The position numbers and the translations under genes are program-made. From NCBI GenBank assembly GCA_023205875.1, contig CP060768.1, positions 496,001 through 560,000 of the forward strand: 64,000 bases of DNA, written 5' to 3'. Position 1 is the stretch's first letter; every line of letters starts with the position of its first letter. Below the pieces are notes generated by a model. The model had not been told where the DNA came from. It made no database searches and was given only the letters and a program-made list of their open reading frames with translations. Source of the stretch: Chloropicon primus (taxonomy: Eukaryota). Positions 35,494-46,400 of the stretch are shown here, piece by piece.

Positions 35494-37761
35494 ATGGGGT
35501 GGGCGGGCAAGTTCAGAAGGATCTTCGAGAAGGTGAAGAAGGTCGTGAGGAACGAGAGCTTCCACATGCTCGTTCTCTCGCGGCTGGACACGAATTTCTC
35601 GGACGTCCTCCTCGTAAGCCTGACTATGCTCCTTGTGAGTTCGATGGAGAGCATAGGAAGGGTCCCCTTTCTCTGCATACTCGTTGCTGGCCTGCTCGTC
35701 CTCGCCAGCAGGCTGGAGAAGAGGAAACTCGATGGGGAGAGGGAGCTGAAGAGGAGGCTTGAGATGGAGAGATCCTTCAACACTTTAGAGACGCCCAAGG
35801 AGTCAGCGTTCTGGCTCAACAAGTTCGTCGGAACGTACTGGAACGACGCCATCGAGCCCCTCTTGGCGGACGTGTTCTACAAGACGTTGAACAAAATGAT
35901 TGAGAAGGGCAAGCCCTCGTTCATCAAGTCGATCATCATCGATTCCTTCACCCTTGGGACGAACCAGCCTCGGGTGGACAACTTTCGGATTTTGGGCAAC
36001 AGCGACAGGAACAAGGACGTCAAGAGCTTGGAGTTCGACGTCTTCTTCACCGCGGACGATTTCCGGTGGGTGCTGCGGGCGGTGGGCTCTGACGAGATCC
36101 CGATCATCAGGGGGAAGAACTTCACGTTCAGCATTGTTTCCCTCGAGATCAGGTTGCGAGTGAGAATGTACCTGTTCAACTCCTCGAACATCGGGCTGTT
36201 GTCCCTGGTACAGAAGCCGGACATCTACACCTTCCACGCCAACTTATTCGGGATCTCCCAGAGGGCGATCCCCTTCTTCGACATCAGAAAGTTTCTCGAG
36301 TCTGTCATCTCCCAAGCGCTGGTGGAGCCCAAGAGAGTTCCCGTGTCCTTGAGCTTCAAGAAGGTGCCTGAGGTGGGAGACAGCAAGATATTCTTTGATA
36401 TCGTCGATTGCAGCGGGATCAAGATCATCGACAGGTCGGTGACGCGCAAGCTCCAGCTCAAGGTGAGCATCGGGCCGTACAAGCGGAAGGGCAAGGTTGT
36501 GGAGGGAGAAAACCCTGTCTTCAACGACAGGTTCGAGGCGACCTTCAACAACAAGAAGCTCAAAATCAAGATCAAGCTCTTGGATGTCACCGACAACGCA
36601 GGCAGCACGGACGCGTGGGAGTGCATCGGGGAGAAGACGATCGAGATGATGTGCTCGCAGAAGGACACCACGACTTTCTGGCTCAAGGATCCCGCGGGAC
36701 TGCCCCTGTGTCGGACGCTTCAAATGGAGGACAAGTCCTGGAAGGTGGACTGCCCCCTCGAGTCGGGCAAGAGCGTGACGTCCGAGAGCGGGGACTTTGG
36801 TCACATCAGTTTGATCCTCTATCCGGTGGTCTGGAAATACTTTGAGGGGGATGACTACGTTCAGGATACAAGATCCAGGTCTCGATCCGTGCCTTATTCC
36901 TACGCTCTCAGAGTAAGCAGGGCAAGGAACTTGATGGCAAAGGACTCCAATGGTCTGAGCGATCCTTATTTCAAGGTCAAGTACGGGGCGTTTACCGCGA
37001 GATCGGCGACCGTGTTCAGGAACTTGAACCCAGTCTGGTCGGAAACCTTTGTGTTCGAGCGCAACCCGACCGTCGACACGATCAAGATCAAGATCTGGGA
37101 CAAGGACAAGATCCAGGACGAGTCCCTGGGGCAGGTCGACATTCCTGTTCGGCTCGTGCACCAGGGGGCGATGAAGTTTTCCGAGTGGAGGGAGCTGAAG
37201 GGTGCGGACTCTGGGGAAATTCACTACGAGCTCTCCTTGAGGAAAGGCTTGCCGACTGCTGTTAGAAATAGGGGGATCACAGTCAACGACGAGATCGACA
37301 GGTTGTACGTTATGGTGCACAGGGCAAGGCACCTCAAAGGCGTGGATCGGGGGAAGACGAGTGACCCGTACTGCACCGTGGAGTTCAACGGCACCGTGAG
37401 AAAGAGCAAGGTGATCAAGAAGAGCACGGACCCTGTTTGGGACTTCAGCTCGAATTTTGAGATCGGTTTGGGTTCCAAGTCCACCCAAGGGAGCGGGGAA
37501 ATATATATATCCATCTACGATTGGAACATGGTCCTTTCTCGCAAGCTGCTTGGATTCGTGTCCATCAATGTTAACGACGTTCACCGTGGAATGGAAGAAA
37601 AGTGGCACCAGCTCAAGGACGCGGTTTCAGGGGAAGTCCTTCTGACGGTGCGGAAGCATTGCAAGTCGCAAGCGGCAGCGCAAGCGGCGGCCCAAGCGGC
37701 TGTCCATAGCTCGTCCCCGGCTTCCGTGGACTGGAGCGACATCAAGCGAGCCTTGTTCTGA
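35494..37761 (+). CDS. Synaptotagmin-like SMP + multiple C2 domain protein
   Basis: N-terminal TM, SMP start KESAFWLNKFV..FTLGTNQPR, and C2 domains (ARNLMAKDSNGLSDPYFKV, ARHLKGVDRGKTSDPYC). Confidence 0.9.
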   Translation: MGWAGKFRRIFEKVKKVVRNESFHMLVLSRLDTNFSDVLLVSLTMLLVSSMESIGRVPFLCILVAGLLVLASRLEKRKLDGERELKRRLEMERSFNTLETPKESAFWLNKFVGTYWNDAIEPLLADVFYKTLNKMIEKGKPSFIKSIIIDSFTLGTNQPRVDNFRILGNSDRNKDVKSLEFDVFFTADDFRWVLRAVGSDEIPIIRGKNFTFSIVSLEIRLRVRMYLFNSSNIGLLSLVQKPDIYTFHANLFGISQRAIPFFDIRKFLESVISQALVEPKRVPVSLSFKKVPEVGDSKIFFDIVDCSGIKIIDRSVTRKLQLKVSIGPYKRKGKVVEGENPVFNDRFEATFNNKKLKIKIKLLDVTDNAGSTDAWECIGEKTIEMMCSQKDTTTFWLKDPAGLPLCRTLQMEDKSWKVDCPLESGKSVTSESGDFGHISLILYPVVWKYFEGDDYVQDTRSRSRSVPYSYALRVSRARNLMAKDSNGLSDPYFKVKYGAFTARSATVFRNLNPVWSETFVFERNPTVDTIKIKIWDKDKIQDESLGQVDIPVRLVHQGAMKFSEWRELKGADSGEIHYELSLRKGLPTAVRNRGITVNDEIDRLYVMVHRARHLKGVDRGKTSDPYCTVEFNGTVRKSKVIKKSTDPVWDFSSNFEIGLGSKSTQGSGEIYISIYDWNMVLSRKLLGFVSINVNDVHRGMEEKWHQLKDAVSGEVLLTVRKHCKSQAAAQAAAQAAVHSSSPASVDWSDIKRALF

Positions 37762-37905
37762 TAAAACGTTTTGATCCTTCAAGAAATTAGTAATAAGTAT
37801 AGGTACAAGTTCATACATTCTTTTAATCCCTTCCTATGTTTTACCTACTGTACAAAAGTGAGTACTCCTCTCGGGAGGCCGCAACAACAAAAGACGTTGC
37901 TGAGG

Positions 37906-39159
37906 TCATACTTCGAGCCTGTTGCTCACGGCTTTTGCGAGGCTCGGGTCTTTCTCTGACAGGGGGATCAACGTCAGAGCCTCGTCTCCGTTCTCCAAGT
38001 TTGCTTTTCCGGCATCCTTGTCCTCCTCCTTGCTGGCCCACCACCGCGGGTTCCAGTATTTGTCCTTGTCGACCTCAGAGATCACCCTGTGCTCGTTGAG
38101 TTTGTCGATCCTCTCGATCAGGGAGGCGTCCGCCCCGGACACCGTCTCGATGATGGATTTGGCCTTTGTGAGAGCGGCCTTGCTGCGCGTGCCGTCTCCG
38201 GTGAGAACGTAGCACAGCCCGAGAAGGTACCACACTTCGGTGTCCTCCTCGTCCTCGCTCACCAAATCCTTGAGGATGTTGATGGCCACGTCGTACTTGC
38301 TGAGCTCCACCAAAAGCCTAGCGGTGACCGCTCGGAAGTCGTAAGAAGCCGTTCCCACCTTGGCGCACAAGTCCAGGGTTCTCTGAACCAAGGAAAGCGC
38401 CTCTCCCTTCCTGTGCTGGCTCAGCCGAAGGTCAGCCAAGGCCTGGACGGCCTCGGGGTTGTTCGGGTCGTACAGAAGGGCCTGGTCTATTGTCTCCTCG
38501 CACAGGAGCTCTGCCTTCTCTTCGTGAAAGCAGTCCACCAAGTAGACCTTGGCTATGCTCGTGAGGACGCTGGACATTTTCAGCTGCAGAGCCTCCCGTC
38601 GACTCGCTGCCTCCTTCGCAAGCTTCCCTGCCTCGGTGCTTCCCACTTTCAGGGACTGGTATTGCGACACCAGCACGTCGTATCCCTTCTTGAACGCGTC
38701 TATCGCTTCCCTACCATGCTCCAGCTGCCCCAGCAGCACGTACTTGACTTCGTTTTCCTTGGGATTAATCTGAATCGACCGAAGGACAAGCTCCTTCGCT
38801 CCCAAGTAGTCCCCCGTCTCCAGCAACACCTCAGCTGCGAGGTCAAGGGCACCCGTGCACTCCGGTTGAGACTCTAGCAGGCCTATGAGGAGCTTCAGGG
38901 CCTTCTCGCTGTCGCCGTAGTCCGCCAGCTTCCTTGCCTTGGCCAAGACCCTTTCCGTCTCCTTCCGCTTCTTGCGCTCCTGGGCACCCGGAGTGTCGTA
39001 CTGGCCTGCCTTCGCCGAGGACGAGAGCCATTCTATGACCGTCTCCAGGAAGAACACGACCCGTTGCAGGACCCAAGACAGGAAGGCCGCAACCTTGTTG
39101 GACACCCTCGAGGTAGTAGACGAGGGCGTCTCCGTCCCGAAGCCATCGTCTCCTCCCAT
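37906..39159 (-). CDS. ACL4: TPR protein, Acl4-like assembly chaperone of Rpl4
   Basis: KYVLLGQL..G.EAI..F.KG, SIAKVYLVDC, DPNNPEAVQALADLRLSQ, YDFRAVTARLLVEL and EDTEVWYLLG. Confidence 0.8.
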   Translation of the reverse strand: MGGDDGFGTETPSSTTSRVSNKVAAFLSWVLQRVVFFLETVIEWLSSSAKAGQYDTPGAQERKKRKETERVLAKARKLADYGDSEKALKLLIGLLESQPECTGALDLAAEVLLETGDYLGAKELVLRSIQINPKENEVKYVLLGQLEHGREAIDAFKKGYDVLVSQYQSLKVGSTEAGKLAKEAASRREALQLKMSSVLTSIAKVYLVDCFHEEKAELLCEETIDQALLYDPNNPEAVQALADLRLSQHRKGEALSLVQRTLDLCAKVGTASYDFRAVTARLLVELSKYDVAINILKDLVSEDEEDTEVWYLLGLCYVLTGDGTRSKAALTKAKSIIETVSGADASLIERIDKLNEHRVISEVDKDKYWNPRWWASKEEDKDAGKANLENGDEALTLIPLSEKDPSLAKAVSNRLEV

Positions 39160-40106
39160 AGTGGTGTGCCTACTACTCTTCGCCCGTGCCTAACCTTTGG
39201 CTCGGTCCAACTTCCTTAGGTATGTTCCATAACGACAAACCACAAGGAACCTTGTGTCTTTTGACAAAATGCGAATGCACCCGCAGGTCAATTCACAACG
39301 TTGTATCCTTTCCTCTATCTATTCCAACGAGTTGACCAAAGGTTTCACCTCAGGTCGTCGTCGCCCTCGCAGTGCGTCGGTCGTCGTCGCTGCGGGTGAC
39401 GGATGGGATGCCAGTGTCTCGTTCCTCTGTGTTGGTGTCACAACGGAAACCCCGGCGTCTTGGTCCTCTCTCCTTCTCGTGTGTTCTCTCAGTCCGTCTC
39501 TTCTCTTCACTAATGCCATCTTACCTTGGCTTCCCTTATCGTATCTGGTTACAAGAATTGTAAAGGGACGGGTTCATCAACGATTGAATTGGAAGGACAA
39601 GAGGAGGGGAAAGGAACAAGGACGCGGGGAGGGGAATGGCAAACGGCTAATGGAAGCAAGAGGTTTCGACAATCCACGCCTCGCGCGCTCTGCTCTTCGA
39701 ACGTCTCCTCCTCCCGCCCCCACCCCACGGAAGGAAGGAGGCACAGACCGTTTCGAGCAACGCCCCTTCCTCGAACGTGGAAGAGAGAGAGCGTTCGCAT
39801 TGGAGGGGAGAGCGTTGGAGGGGAAGACAAACGGCTCGATCTAAGAGTTTGCCGATCCAATGCCGTGGATTGTTGTCACAACTCGGCCGTTTCGTTTCGA
39901 GCAGCGGCTCGAGGACCGGGGGGATGCAGGCAGCCCAAGGACAGCCTTGTCCTGGACAGGGAGAGGGTGTCATGGGGACGGAAAGGTGCTCTGGAAGGAA
40001 AGGACAGCGAAGAACGGGTGGATGGTACGGGGCCGAGTGGAACGCGAAAACAAAAACCCAAAAATGTCAGAAAAAAGATTACAGGAAGGAAAGGAAAAAC
40101 AAGTGT

Positions 40107-40908
40107 TCACGCGTGTGCGAGGTAGCAGATCGCCAACGCTTCCAAGATGAACACATTGCGGAACCCCGAGAGGTCTGCTTTGACTTCGGCACACTTTTTG
40201 CCGTTGAGGACGAGGTAGGCCAGGCACAACACGGTCTGAGCAGACAAGATCTTCAGAAGCGTCAAGTCCGCCGCGTGAACGGCGTAGATTTTCAACACAC
40301 TCATCATGCAGTGATCTGGTTAATCAGGAGACGAGGGCACGGAGCGGCGTCGGGTCAGAAACGAGGTCGCACGCGAAGCGATCAGACCGCAGCGGTCCCC
40401 CTCAAGACGAAAACATCCACGCCCACGGCAGGACATTAACTTACTGAGTCCCCAGACGCCCCAAAAGAAAGGCCTCACTTTGACGGACGTCATGTTCATC
40501 GCTTTCCTCATGTCCTTCTCGCTGCCAGGGCCGAGGGAGCGCGCGCGAAACGAAACGAATCAAACAACATCGCAGTATTGTCAGCCCGAGCTCTCGAAAC
40601 ATCCGAACACACACACACACACATCTAATCTTCGGAGGGATGACGACGACGGTGCCGGTATCGAGGACGGAACTCGCGTCGATGTGCGTTCACCTCCATT
40701 CCCTTGCCCGCCCCCAACCCCTCGGCTTCTCCTCGGTCGTCGTGGTGCCCACTCACACGAGTGGGTTCCTCATCTCATCCTTCACTACTCACCCCGGTAG
40801 GATGTTGGTGCGATAAGAAACGATGTCCCTTCCGGCGGGCAAGAAAATGAATCCAGCGGTAGCGTAGACCACGCAGGCGGCCACTCTGGTCAACATCTCC
40901 GCATCCAT
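40107..40908 (-). CDS. Three-exon 133-aa multi-TM protein of unknown function. Exons 40793-40908, 40445-40521 and 40107-40315
   Basis: Introns GTGAGT..CAG and GTAAGT..CAG give a continuous 402-nt frame: MDAEMLTRVAACVVYATAGFIFLPAGRDIVSYRTNILPGEKDMRKAMNMTSVKVRPFFWGVWGLNHCMMSVLKIYAVHAAD..ICYLAHA. Confidence 0.75.
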
Positions 40909-41094
40909 CGTGGCGCGTGCTCAACTCTCTCTCTCTCTCTCTCTTCTTTCGGCGCGAAAGTCTTCGATTTTGGCGGGAACTGACTGGTGAGCTTGGAGGA
41001 GGAAGGGAAAGAGATGGTGGAAGAGGAGAGTGTGCGTGTGTGGGGTGGGTGGGGCAGGGCTTGGCCTCTATCTCCATCCTCCTTCTTCATCGTC

Positions 41095-41355
41095 TCCTCC
41101 CCCCCGTCCCTCCTCATTCCTCACGGGTTTGGGTTCAGTTGGAGGCGAAGGACAAGCCTGGAACACCTTGAAAGGAAACAAAGGATGATGAGACAGACAG
41201 AGAGACAGAGGAGTGGGCCCCGTTGCCTTGCCTCCTCCCCCGTCTCTCCTCATTCCTCATGCATCGTGGTTCGGGTTCAGTTGGAGGCGAAGGACAAGCC
41301 TGGAACACCTTGAAAGGAAACAAAGGATAATGAGACAGACAGAGAGACAGAGAGA
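41095..41355 (+). repeat. Tandem duplication with a ~142-bp period in the divergent promoter
   Basis: gggttcagttggaggcgaaggacaagcctggaacaccttgaaaggaaacaaaggat.atgagacagacagagagacagag occurs at 41131 and 41273. Confidence 0.9.
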
Positions 41356-41519
41356 GAATGAAGATGACAGCAAGATAATGTAGAAGCAAAGGGTGAGACA
41401 GAGGGGTGTACCCCATTGCCTTTGTTCCCTCCTCCTCGTCCCCGTCCTCCTCATCCTTTCCTCCTCGTTCCTCCCTGGTCGGCGTCCCTATGTTGGTGTA
41501 ATCCAAGAGAAGAGCAACG

Positions 41520-41805
41520 ATGGCGTCGGCGTGGAGGGGACTCGTGACGAAGAACTTGAGGGAGATACGGTTCCACTTGTGTCAGAACTCAAAAGGGAGC
41601 GAGGGACTCAGGTAAGACACGACGCACGACGCACAAAGGAACAAAACCACTGCGCAAACCAACCACGAAAACGAACGAATGAACAACACACAGAACAGGA
41701 GGCAAGGAAGGCGGGCGTGTTTGGAATGGAAAGGAATGGAAAGGAAAGGAAAGGAATGGGATGGAGTGGAGTGGTGATTGATCTGACGGGTGGTTTGGTT
41801 TTTTT

Positions 41806-41840
<35 letters not shown>

Positions 41841-42074
41841 CTTTTGGGACCGAAAACAAAACCAAAAAAAAAAAGGGAATTCGTGAAGAAGAACTACAAG
41901 GACCTGAAAACGAAGAACCCTTCCTTTCCCTTTTTGGTGAGGGAATGTGAGGGAGCGGAGGCCAAGGTGTGGGCCAGGTACGATAAGGGCGTGGAGAAGA
42001 ACGTCTCTGTGGAGGGACTCACCGCAAAAAGCGTCGAGGAACAACTGCAAACGCTTGTCACTCAAAAGGCTTGA
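41520..42074 (+). CDS. NDUFA2: Complex I subunit B8 (NDUFA2). Exons 41520-41611 and 41876-42074
   Basis: MASAWRGLVTKNLREIRFHLCQNSKGSEGLR|EFVKKNYKDLKTKNPSFPFLVRECEGAEAKVWARYDKGVE. Confidence 0.93.
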
Positions 42075-42180
42075 GGCGTGGTGACCTGGACGAGACGAGG
42101 GAGAACGAACGACCGAATAGAGAAGGAATAGATGTTTAATTTACATTAAAACACAGCAAGCAACAGCGAAGTCGTGCCCC

Positions 42181-43401
42181 TTACACGTAAAGTTCTTCCT
42201 CGTTCATGTAGTAGCCCCGCTCGTACGCCCTCCCCAGCCTTCCCTTCCCGAAGGCGGGGGCGTCCACGTCCTCCACGCACTGGGCGTCCACCTCGTCCTC
42301 CCTCCACCCCATCTCCTCGGCCGGGGTCGTGTCAGCGGTCTCGCTGACGCCAATGACCCAGCCAGTAATTTTGCAGACCTTGGAGCCGTCGTTGCTATCG
42401 ACGACGTAGCTTTCGCACCGCTCCCCGCACACGTGGACTTTCCCCGAGCACTGGCAGATGTACACCCTGCTGTCCCTCCGGAGCTCCACCATCTCGCAGG
42501 TCTTCCCGTCGCAGTGATGGTCCGTCGCAGTGATGGTGGCAGGGTTGTCTCTCCTGAACCTCTCTATCAGCTCGCTCATGGTACTCTGCCTTCGAGGCTT
42601 CCTGGAGCCGCCGACGTAGTCGCACTCACTGCCCGCCCCCCTGCCTCCCGCTACGTCAAGCCCAGTCGAATTCCCGAAGGCCTCCCTGTCAGGACACGAG
42701 TCAAGCAGGTGCAAGTGCATCTGCTGGATGTGCTCCTTCATGAAGTCGTCGCATCCCGCCTGGCTATGACCAATGTCGCTCTTCGCCCTCTCAAAGTAGA
42801 TGTTCTTCCACGCGTTCGGCTCCCCATCGAGCATCATCTCGTCCCCGCTGAGGACTCCGCCGCCTCGATTCGGCCAGCGGAAGTCGTGCAAACGCTTCCA
42901 CAGCAGATCCTCGCAAGCCACCTTGCCTAGCAGCCTGTTCACCAACGAGCAACTGACCAAGTCCTTGGCACTCAGGTAGAGGAAAACCCGGAGAAGCACG
43001 CAGGACGGCAAGTCCGCGAGACCCGACGGCGACGACGACGCCAGTGACGAAGCTCCAGACGCGTCCGTGACCCCTTCCCCGTCCCTCCCCCTCGTCCGCC
43101 GTTTCTCGGGAACCAGGTCCAGGTTCTGTCTGGTCTCCCTCTCCCTCTCCCTCTTCCTTTTCCTCTTGCCCCTGTCCTCGTCCTTCCTCGTCGCGGCAGG
43201 TCCTCGGGCGTCCTCTTCCGACGAGTGGACATCGTCGAAGGCTCGCTCCAGCTCCGCCTCGAGCTCCAGCTCCGCCTCCCTCGTCGTCCGCTCGTTCATG
43301 TCTATGTCTTCGCCTCCCTCCTCAGCTGATGGCGGAGCGCGGGAGATCATCGAAATGCTTGATCGGGCATCAGCCTGCTGGTGCTGGCCTTGGGGGAACA
43401 T
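42181..43401 (-). CDS. F-box protein, plant SKIP31-like
   Basis: F-box LADLPSCVLLRVFLYLSAKDLVSCSLV, HHCDGKTC..VYICQCSGKVHVCGERC, and GRLGRAYERGY. Confidence 0.85.
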   Translation of the reverse strand: MFPQGQHQQADARSSISMISRAPPSAEEGGEDIDMNERTTREAELELEAELERAFDDVHSSEEDARGPAATRKDEDRGKRKRKRERERETRQNLDLVPEKRRTRGRDGEGVTDASGASSLASSSPSGLADLPSCVLLRVFLYLSAKDLVSCSLVNRLLGKVACEDLLWKRLHDFRWPNRGGGVLSGDEMMLDGEPNAWKNIYFERAKSDIGHSQAGCDDFMKEHIQQMHLHLLDSCPDREAFGNSTGLDVAGGRGAGSECDYVGGSRKPRRQSTMSELIERFRRDNPATITATDHHCDGKTCEMVELRRDSRVYICQCSGKVHVCGERCESYVVDSNDGSKVCKITGWVIGVSETADTTPAEEMGWREDEVDAQCVEDVDAPAFGKGRLGRAYERGYYMNEEELYV

Positions 43402-43462
43402 GGGTTGGATTGGATGAATGAGGAGTAATGGATAGGATTACAATGGGATAGGATTTTACCAT

Positions 43463-46400
43463 TTACCTGTTGCTCTTCTTTCCTTTCTTGGCCCCCTTGG
43501 ACTTGACGACGTGGAGAAGACCCTTCTTCGCGTCCTTTCTCTTTGCCGCTCTCCTGTTCAGCATCTTGCGATCCATGGGCCAGTACGCGAAAGGCTCGAG
43601 CTTCTTGGTTCCCTTGGTCTTCACGATGGTCTTGCCCGAGGCGTGGGTCTTGGACGTGCGGTTGGTCTTCATGGTGGCGCCCGACTTGCTCGTTCTCGAA
43701 GTTCTGGCGGTTCTCCCGGATCGAACTGACCTCCGGTCATCCATTTCCTCGTCACTGCCACGCTCCCTCTTCTCATACTTGTCGTCCTTGATGATCAGCT
43801 TGCCGTCCTTCTTCCTCGTCTTGAACTGGATGTCGTCCTCAGAGTCCGAGTCGCCCCGAGAGGGCATGTTCCTGGCATTCATCTTCACCATCTCCCGGTT
43901 GTCCAAGAGGTTGGCCGGCTCGCTCGTACTGAGGTCGTTCAAGCCACCACCCGGGTCCCTCCTGGCCCTCTTGCGCACGGCCGTGCCGCTGCTGCGCACG
44001 GTGGTCGCCCCAAACTTGCTTGAGGTGACATTGTCCCCCATGTCGTTGGCCTCGTCCTCCATGTAGGTCCAGGTCGTGCGCTTTCCTGCAGTCTCCCTCG
44101 TCTTGACGCTGAAGCCGGCAACGGAGCCTTCCCTCTTCCGCTTCTCCTGTGACTTCTGCTTCCTGATGTGGCGAATAAGGGGCAGGTGCTCCTCTGGTAT
44201 GTATTTTGTCACCTCGTCGATGCCAAGAGTCCGGATGACCTTCTCCAGAATGTGCCTGATCTTGAGCCTGAACCTGTTCTTGGTGTCGTTGGCCCAAATC
44301 AGCAAGCTCTCGATGACCTTGGGCAGCTGGCCGTGAAGCGTGGCGCCGTCAATCGTGGTAACGTACATGCTCAGAAAGGCCAGGACGGACTTGACAACCT
44401 CGCGGCTCTTCGTCTTCAGCAGCATGGACACTGCGTTCTCAACGTCCATGACCACTTCGGGCCCGATCTCATCGCTATACTGGTAGACGAGCCTGGTGAG
44501 GGCCACGATGGTGGCGCTGATCATGTGAGGATGAGAAGCCACCAAGCCTCCCGCGACCACGTTGATGAAGCCCAGTGGCCCTGGTTCCAAAAGCGGGCCG
44601 TCGTTAACAGACTCGAGGCCCTTGAAGGAAGATGCAATGTCAGCCAAGAGGTCGAGCGCGGCCTTGTGCGTCTTGCTGTTCTTCTCTTTGGTGCACATCA
44701 CTATCTCTGTCACCATAGCTGTCATCGTCTCCTGGTCTTTCTCCTTGTCCTCCACCCTGCTGTCAATGATGGAAATCATGGCACGCACACAAAGAAGCCT
44801 GTTCTTCTTCGCGGGGGCGTAGCAAACCCCCTGCGCATTGGACAAGCTCTCTTGGATGCCCAAGATAGAAGTTGGCTTGAGGTCTCCCGACCTCTTGAGC
44901 ATGCAGAAAAGCAGCTTGTAGCTCTTCTTCTGGATTCCGCTATCCTTGTACACGATGGATACGTTCACGATACTGAGCAACTTCTCAAGAGCTTCCCTCT
45001 TCAATCCGGGAACAAGGGCCGCAGCAATGTCCATCAACATCCCTTGCTGCTCTATCGAAGCGTCTCTCATGCTCTTGTCCCCCTCCGACTGGATCGTCTG
45101 CAGAGAATTGGCCATTCTCTTGAGGATGTTCTTATAGAACCCATCCAGCGTCTCGCTGTCCGTGATCGTGCCAAAGGCCGCAATAGCGTCATAGATTTGG
45201 CCCCTCTCGCTTGGCCTCGATGAGACGAACAAGTTGAAGAGAAGGGGCAAAAAGTTCTTCGCAAACGAAGCTACAGCGTCCAGGTTGGCCTTCGCAAAAT
45301 CCTCGTCGTAAAACTCGGGAATCGGAAAGCTTTCATCGAAATCGAACTCGCTGCCCTCGCCAGACACACTCTGGCCATCAAACACGTCCTTGTTCTCCTG
45401 CGCTTCCCGAAGGACGGTCTGGTTCTGCTTCACAATGCAAGTGATGGCGTTACAAATGTAGTTCCGCAGATCCTCTCGGTTCTGCAGGGCGGCGCCCAGA
45501 GACCTCGCGAGAGACTTGAACCCAATCGCCGTGTCGGAGGACCACCTGCAAAAGGAGGGCAAGGTCTGCCAGATTTGGTGCTCCAAGGCTGCCAGCAAAA
45601 CGGCTCTCTCGACATCCTCGCCGGAGGACAGCTGTGACGCGTATTCGCCGACCTTCCTGGCCAAAGGCAGCAGAGTCTTGGACCAGAACTCCAGGGAAGC
45701 TCCGTGCACGTTCTTCTTCAGTATGAACACCAGCCAGGAGTTTGCCTCCGTGCCATTTTCCACGGCATCCTCGATGTTCAGAGGAATCGCGTCGAGAATG
45801 CACTCGGGGCCCAAAGCCCTCACTGCGTTCCCCACGCACTCCTGAATCGCCTCGGTCCATTCGTTCTCTGGCCCGGCGGCAAGGAGGCCCACCTCCTGCA
45901 GCATTGGCTTCATCAGGGCCCCGTGCTTGTCGCCAACGACCAGAGCAAGCTTGCTGATCAGCTGAAAGGCGCTATTCCAACTGTCCTGGTACGGCACGGT
46001 AAGCATGGCCTCCACTCCGGTGATGATACTGAGCACTGGGTTCTGTTTCTTGTGCCGAGCATCGCCGCTCTGAACGCAAATCAGCGCCTTCCTCACCGCT
46101 TCGTCGGTGATGCAAAGGTCCATGAGCTCAGACAGCACGCTTGATACCTTGATCCTGAAGACCTCAGAGTCTTTCCTTCGGAAGTAGTGCAAGCACTGGT
46201 GGAAGAGCCTCGGGATGCACTCCAGGCAGAGCTCGCTGTCCAGCCTGTTCAAGGCCCTGAACCCGGACAGGAGCATGTTCAGCGTGCTGCTGGCGATGTC
46301 CGAGTCCGCCATGAGATCCTCGATGATCAGCAACCTCTCGATAAGGTTCTGCAGCAACGTCGCAAGAGCCTGCGGCTTCATGGTGTAGGAGAGCTGGGAC

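Noticed and set aside
40250..40310. Box C/D snoRNA-like ATGATGA...CTGA on the minus strand
   Set aside because: It falls inside exon 3 of a well-formed spliced CDS, with no convincing terminal stem or recognisable guide.
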